Shown piece by piece: positions 57,101 through 64,000 of a DNA stretch of 64,000 nucleotides (its first letter is position 1; each line of letters starts with the position of its first letter). The position numbers and the translations under genes are program-made. Below the pieces are notes generated by a model. That model was not told the origin of the DNA and searched no databases. It worked only from the letters and a program-made list of their open reading frames with translations. Origin of the DNA: Vitrella brassicaformis CCMP3155. Lineage: Eukaryota > Protista > Chromerida. The DNA lies in NCBI GenBank assembly GCA_001179505.1, contig CDMY01000295.1:124001-188000 (forward strand), given 5' to 3'.

Positions 57101-57474
57101 GACGCGAGCGGCACCTCTTCATCTGACAGAGGGGACACTGCGCGACGTCAACAAGTGAGTGGAGAGAAGTGCGTTGATATTGACCAACCAGGGCCACTTG
57201 TCGCCTCCGCCAAATCACTCTCCTCTGAAACGCCTTCACCCACCCTACAAAAGCACACATGAGGAATCCATTCATTAGAAGCACACACGACCCATTCATC
57301 TGGGAAAATGTCATACCCTTTATCTCACACATGAGGCCTCCACCCATGCTACAAAAGCCTGCAGACAGATACATCACATCGATCCATTGACCATGTGGTA
57401 GCGGTTGGCTCTCCCCAGAGGCTCTTTCCTGCTGCGGTCACACGTGCCTTGCAGCTCGACGGCCTCCGTGGTTT

Positions 57475-58555
57475 CTACCAGCTGCTCTGAGGGTGGGGCG
57501 GTAATACACATGCAAGAAGTGACACGACACTGAGACACGCATTTGAGAATGGACATGACCGAGAGGGATGTGTCCATTTTCTCTCTCTCTCACCGGGCAG
57601 TTTGTCTGCACTTTGTCTCAGGGGGAGGTAGGCCGCGGAAGGTGCCCACACGAGCGAGTTGGCACTCTTGGCGAGCTGGCAGACCTTGTCTTGGACAAAC
57701 GGGGATGACAGGGCGCGGGGAGTGAATGGCCACACGTGCAGCATGGAGAGGTGGAAAGGGTCCTCTTCCAAGTGCCGGTCGCCTCGGAAGTCCTTGGAGA
57801 AGCGCACGTTGATGTCTGCTGCAGTGGGTGCTGCCGAGGTGCTGAATTCGTCGATGGCGTTGCATTCGTCAGGACGAAAGCCGCCACTTGTACTTGTTGA
57901 ACATGTCGCAGTACTTTTCGCGGAGACCGCTGAGGGAGGTCAGGGAGTGCACGGCCGGGGAGGGGGAGAGGGGGCTGGAACGGATACACGCTTCCCGTGG
58001 CTCTGGTACGCGGTTCTCGCGGACGAAGCTGTTGGGCGGCTGCAGAAGTTGCGCACGCTTGGCCATCCCCACACGTCACTGTAGAAGTTGCAGCCGCTCA
58101 GCCGATGCGCAAAAGCAGCGACTCTGGCCCTCGCGCTCGATTGCAGCATCATACTTGGTGAGCTCGTTGAATGTGATGAGGAGGGAGAAGATGTCCTGCT
58201 GGCGAAGCGCAAGGGCAATCTTCTTAAGCGCAGGTGATGTTGTTGATGCGGGATATGGGAATTCCTCGGATGGAAACGAAGAAGTCGGCTCAAAAGTTTC
58301 TTCCTGAGGGCCCGTCTCGCCCGCCGTCTCGCCGCGAACTTTTCTCGCCGCGATGATGCAGTTGTGGTTCGTTCTTCCGAAGGCCCATATATATATTCCT
58401 TCTTCACCTTCTTCACTCCCTTCTTCGCTGGCGACATCCGGCTGCCCGCAGGGTTGCGTGAACCGCTCCCCTAGGGTAAGTGACCCAAACCCATTGTCCC
58501 ACATTCGCAACAAACCTGCATCCGTACCAGCAGCAGTAGCAACAACAGCAAGCAA
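57475..58555 (-). pseudogene. Frameshifted hypothetical coding remnant; shares a 115-bp block with 56181-56295
   Basis: Protein-like segments LKKIALALRQQDIFSLLITFNELTKYDAAIERE, REKYCDMFNK and FRPDECNAIDEF lie in different frames with no introns between them. Confidence 0.4.
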
Positions 58556-58617
58556 GAACGCATCCTTCCATTCCCCTGATCAGCAAGCAGCACCATCACT
58601 GACCAGATCACATCACG

Positions 58618-61600
58618 ATGCCGCTGCCGGCCTCGACGCATGCCAAGGGCGGCGAGAACCCCGTGTGGGTGTATTCCTTCGGCCCGGGGTGCCCGACGCC
58701 CCCGCTGGACCGCAACCTGCTGGGCGGCAAGGGCAAGGGCGAGGCTGAGATGACCGCCATGGGACTTCCCGTACCGCCAGGCTTCATCGTCACCACAGGC
58801 ATGCGCAGAGACAGGCTTCAGACAGGCAGAGGGCCACGGGAGGGCGTGGCGTGCATGTGTGGATGTCCATGGCATGTGATGTGTGTGCAGAGGCGTGTGT
58901 GCACTACAAGTACAACCGTCTGTCGTTCCCCAAGGGTTTGGTGGAGCAGGTCGAGGCCTGCCTGGTGACCCTCGAGAAGCAGATGGGCTGCAACTTCGGA
59001 GACGTCGAAAACCCGCTACTCATCTCCGTCCGATCCGGCGCAAGGTACCATGTCGCACACACCTCACACCCACCCCCTCTCTCTATCTGCCACACATCCA
59101 TCCATCCACGCGGCTCTCTCTGTGTGTGGGGTGTGTGCTGTGTGTCAGGGTGTCGATGCCCGGGATGATGGAGACAGTGTTGGACGTGGGTTTGAACGAC
59201 AAGTCGGTGCTGGGCCTGGCCAAGAAGCTGTCCAACGAGCGGGCGGCCTACGACTCGTACCGCCGGTTCATCGCCATGTACAGCAACGTCGTGTCGGGCG
59301 TCAACTCGGCCGCCTATGAGGACGCACTCAAGGCCTGCCGAAAGAGAGAGGGTCAGCGAGCGCGGGAGGGAAGAGGGACTGCGACACGCGAAGGAGTGCA
59401 CACATATATCGATGGGTGTGTGTGGGGGGGTCAGGTGTTCAGTTCGACATCGGACTGTCGACCAACGCCCTGAAGGAGCTGTGCCAGGAGTTCAAGCACA
59501 TCCACAACCAGCAGACAGGTACACACACACACACACACACACACGGCCACCCCAACCCTCACCCCCTCAACCACCCACAACATGTCTGTCATGCAGGTCA
59601 GGAGTTCCCCCAGGAGCCGCGTGACCAGTTGTTCCGTGCCATCAAGGGCGTGTTCCACAGCTGGGACTGCGACAAGGCCCGCGCCTACCGCCGCTTCCAC
59701 GGCTTCCCCGACGACTGGGGCACTGCGGTGGTTGTCATGGCCATGGTCTTCGGCAACAGAGTAAGCAACCAGGGAGGGAGGGAGGGAGGGAGGGGCGGCA
59801 CACCACACACACAACACAATCAATGTGCACACGTGTGTGTGTGTGTGTGTGTGTGTAGGGTGACGACTCCGGCACTGGTGTGGGGTTCACCCGTGACCCC
59901 GCCACCGGCGAGCACCACTTCTACGGCGAATGTGAGCACATCTGGCATGACATGACACACACATTCAGATGGGCCAATGTGTGTATCTTGTGTGTTGTGT
60001 GTGTGCGCGTGTGTGTGTGGCTTGACCAGATTTGGTGAATGCGCAGGGCGAGGACGTGGTTGCCGGCATCCGCACGCCGCACCCCATCAACAAGATGCAG
60101 GCCCTCATCACGGGCTCCAACCTGCCCTCGCTCGAGGAAACCATGCCCGAGATCTACCAGCAACTCGAGGAGGTACCCCAGCCCCCCCCCCCTCCCCACA
60201 CACAGGGGGAGTCAGGGAGGGAGGGAGAGAGATTGCCTGCATCCAATGATGCGCGTGTGTGTGTTGTGTGTGGTTGCGTGTGGCGTCGTGTGCAGGTCGG
60301 GAGGATACTGGAGCAGCACTACCACGACATGCAGGACGTGGAGTTCACCATCGACAACGGCAAGCTCTACATGCTTCAGACCCGAACCGGCAAGCGCACC
60401 GGGTTTGCCGCCGTCAAAATCGCCTTCGACATGCTCAGAGAGGGACTCATCGACGAGCGGGAGGCCGTCAAGGTGCGTCAGAGGCAGACAGACATAGGGA
60501 GACAGAGAAAGCGGCATTGGATGTGTGTGATTGGTGTGTTTGGTGTGTTTGGTCTGGCTGTGTGTTTGCAGCACGTGGATGCGCACCAGGTGACCCAGCT
60601 GCTGACGCCCATCTTCGACATGCGCGACAAGGTGATGGCCTCGGGCAAACTCGCCACAAGAGGACTCAACGCAGGTACTCCCTCCTCAACCCACACCCAC
60701 ACCCACACCCACACACCCGTCCATCCACCATCCATCCATGAGAGACGCATCCGATCTGCACCTGTGGGTGTGTGGTGTGGATGTCGTTATCAGGTCCCGG
60801 TGCTGCGTCTGGGGCAGCGGTGTTTTCGAGCGAGAAGGCCGTCGAGTACCAGAAGCAGGGCAAGCCATGCGTCCTCATGAGGGAGGAAACCTCGCCCGAA
60901 GACTTTGCCGGTCAGCCGAACCCCACGCCCTCTCCCTCCCTCCCTCCCTCCCTCCCTCCCTCATCCCTCCTGTACTTAACTCTCCTTCTCCCTCTGTGTG
61001 TCGACAGGCATGGTCGCGGCCAGGGGCATCCTCACAGCCCGCGGCGGCGCCACGAGCCATGCGGCCGTGGTTGCCCGCGGTTTGGGTCGTCCGTGTGTGT
61101 GCGGCTGCGGCGACCTGGTGTTCGACCACGCCAAGCACGAGGTGCGCATCGGCAGCAATGGGATGGTTCTCAAGGAGGGCGAGCCGGTCAGCATCGACGG
61201 CACCACGGGGCAGGTCTTCTTCTGCTCGCTGCAGACCAAGCCGTCCGAGATCATCCAGGTGGGTGGGGGGACGAGGGAATGGAGGGACTGGGTGACTCTG
61301 GTGTGTGTTCGTGGTGTGGTGTGTGTGCAGGTGTTGATAGACAAGACGAAGCGTCCTGAGGAGAGCGAGCTGTTCCAGCAGTTCAAGACCATCATGGACA
61401 TCGCTGACAAGTACCGCAGGCTCGAAGTCCGCGCCAATGCCGACACACCGCAGGACGCCGCCATCGCCAGGTCCCTCGGCGCACAGGTGGGCGCCGTCAT
61501 GGTGGCCGTGGTTGCATTTTTCCGGCCACGTGTGGTGTGCGGTGGTGTGGTGTGTGGTGTTAGGGTATCGGCTTGGTTCGCACGGAGCACATGTTTATGG

Positions 61601-63123
61601 ACAAGAAGCGTCTCATGGACGTCAGGGCCATGTTCTTCAGCGACTCGGAGGACGTAGGCGCGCAGGACACGCACATACATAGACACACATACACACACAC
61701 AATCACACATCTCCACTCGTCTGCATCCTTTGTCTGTCTGTCTGGCTCTGTGTGTGTGGTGTCGTGTGGATCAATCAGGACCGGAAGGCAGCAGCGAATC
61801 GTCTGATGCCCTACCAGAAGGAGGACTTCCTTGGCATCTTCAGAGCCATGCACGGACTCACCGTCACGGTAAGCATCTCCACCCTCACCCTCACCTCCAC
61901 CCCTCCATCTGTCTGTCGGTGTTTCTTGCCCATGTCGCCCGCGTCAGATTCGCCTGTTGGACCCGCCGCGCCACGAGTTCCTCCCGCACACCGAGGACGA
62001 GCAGAAGGCTCTGGCGGCCCACATGGGGACCACCCTGGAGCGCGTCAAGCAGATCGGCGAGTCCATCACCGAGGCCAACCCTATGCTCGGACACCGCGGA
62101 TGCCGACTCGGCATTGCGCTCCCGTACGTCACAGAGATGCAGGTGCGAAGGCGACACAGAGAGGCCGGAAACCTTCGCAATGGGCGTTTTCGTGTGGTGT
62201 GGTGTGGTGTGGTGGTGGGGGTGCTTGTCAGACGCGCGCGATCATCGAGGCGGCCGTTGAGGTGTCCAAGGAGGGGTCTGAGGTGCTGCCCGAGATCATG
62301 GTGCCGTTGGTGGCGACCAAGAAGGAGCTGGAGCACCAGAAGGGCCTCATCGACAAGACCGCACAGGACGTCTTCAAGAAGATGGGCAAGGAGGTCCCCT
62401 ACAAGGTCAGCCACCCACCGACACACTAAGCTTCACATCAGATGGCCATAGACAGACACATCTGTGGTGTCGGTGTGGGTGTGTGCAGGTTGGCACGATG
62501 ATCGAGTTGCCGCGTGCGGCCCTGCAGGCCGGCCAGATCGCCGAGTTCGCGGACTTCTTCTCGTTCGGCACCAATGACCTCACCCAGTGCACATACGGCA
62601 TTTCGCGCGACGATGCTGGTCAGTCAGTCAGTCAGTCAGCAGACGAGCTCCACTCCACACACAGCGACGGACGCACCTCATGTGTATGTCTCTGTGTGTG
62701 CAGGCCAGTTCCTGCCGCTGTACGTTGAGGGCGTCTTCTTCGAGTCGACGCACAGCAACATGCAGGTCTTCGACTTTGAGCCCTTCCAAACACTCGACCA
62801 GGTACACCCCTCCCTCCCTCCCTCCCTCCCTCTTTCCCTCCCCCAACAGACACAACACACACACACACACACTCCTCTCTCTCTCTCTGTCTGCAATGCC
62901 GCAGGACGGTGTGGGTGAGCTGATGAAGATCGCCCGGGAGCGCGGCCGCCGCACCAACCCCCACCTGCACCTCGGCATCTGTGGCGAGCACGGCGGCGAG
63001 GGCCGATCCGTCAAGTTCTGCCACGAAATCGGGCTCGACTACTGCAGCTGCTCGCCCTTCAGAGTCCCCGTGGCGCGACTCGCTGCTGCACAGGCTGCCG
63101 TCGAGGGGCAGAGCAAGAAGTAG
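58618..63123 (+). CDS. ppdK: Pyruvate, phosphate dikinase, many exons
   Basis: [47 protein letters not shown], phospho-His motif [61 protein letters not shown]. No N-terminal targeting extension seen. Confidence 0.97.
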
Positions 63124-64000
63124 ACAGACAAGTAGACAAGTAGACTGGCAGAGAGACGAGTAGACAGGCAGAGAAGTGAGGGAGGGGACATAGTAGAGTT
63201 TTGAGAGGGAGGGAGGGATGCCTGACATGTGCGTGCGTGTGCGTGTGTGTGCGTGCGTACTGATGAGGTAGTTGCGTGGGGGTCCGGGGCGTGTCTACTG
63301 ACTCCCGGACGAACAGACAGGAACTATCTCTGAGGGGGCGGGAGAGAGAGGGGAGGGACCATCGTCCATCGGTTGACAAAGAGATCGATGGCGCATGGGG
63401 GAAGGTGGGGAGGGGAGGGGGCATGTAGGCCAATTCGCTGCATGGACAGACAGACAGAGAGACAGAGACACCACCACCGCCAGCAGCAGCAGCAGTAGTA
63501 GCCGCCCACTCGCTCGAGATTGATCGGTACGGTAGATGCGTGTTGTCACCCACCCATACGGTAGCTGGCTTTCTCCGCCCTTGCGTTGATGCTGCCTCGA
63601 TGCGGTGCCCTTGAGTGGCCTTTTTCTGTTGATACCGTCTGCTTGTTGCTGCAATTCTCTGCGTGTGGTTGCTGGCTTCAGAGGGTCTGCTCGGGCCCCC
63701 TGACGCCTTCACGTCGATATGCGACCCATATCGATGTGGTGACGTCGGGGGCGCCTGGCTCGGAGAACCTCTGGAACGCACCAAACCCACGCGGCGAGAG
63801 ATGACACGACCTACACGAGCCGCTCATCATTTTTCCTGCCTAGTACTTATCTTCCTGACTTAATGATTTGCCTTCATTCATTCTCCGCCTTTGACAGACA
63901 CTGACACACAAACAAACGTTTGTTGCGTTGTGATTTTTCCACCCCCATATGTATGTGTGTTTGTGAACGAATCGCCAAGAGGGGGCACTTTTTCTTGGAT

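Noticed and set aside
49600-58555. Autonomous transposon (transposase, reverse transcriptase, Helitron Rep/helicase) driving the mosaic region
   Set aside because: No DDE, YxDD, HUH or tyrosine-recombinase motif and no TIR, LTR or TSD could be recognised by eye.
63586-63863. Short ORFs at the window end
   Set aside because: No motifs or convincing splice structure; probably UTR or intergenic, or the start of a gene beyond the window.

Overview
Eukaryotic, GC-rich, very intron-dense genomic DNA. Introns are short GT-AG introns filled with (TG)n, (TCTG)n and (GATG)n microsatellites. The style and the BTB-TLD and ankyrin gene families suggest the chromerid alveolate Vitrella brassicaformis or a relative (inference, not a database match). 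About 20 spliced genes were rebuilt by hand. Recognisable products: R3H-associated protein (partial), two inverted BTB-TLDc paralogues, a LolD/MacB-type ABC ATPase, an XRN2-binding (XTBD) protein, three ankyrin-family genes (one intact, one with a premature stop, one triple-frameshifted), a class IV PLP enzyme (PabC-like), a degenerate SDR, a FAM76-like protein, an RBR E3 ligase head-to-head with a U-box protein, a SPAG8/CFAP143-like ciliary protein, a C39/papain-like protein and PPDK. 49.6-58.5 kb is a mosaic of decayed or shuffled fragments (P-loop NTPase, PP2C, OAS). Top result: an intact 13-exon gene (34316-37790, minus strand, 812 aa) encoding a 2'-5' oligoadenylate-synthetase-fold protein with an N-terminal ubiquitin-like domain, two LOTUS/winged-helix-like domains and an altered catalytic triad. 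A deleted second copy lies at about 56-57 kb. Second result: an XTBD ORF whose TGA sits in frame, 9 nt before the ATG of an ankyrin gene. No rRNA, intact tRNA or CRISPR array was found. All domain calls rest on motif recognition from memory and need HMM or structure confirmation.
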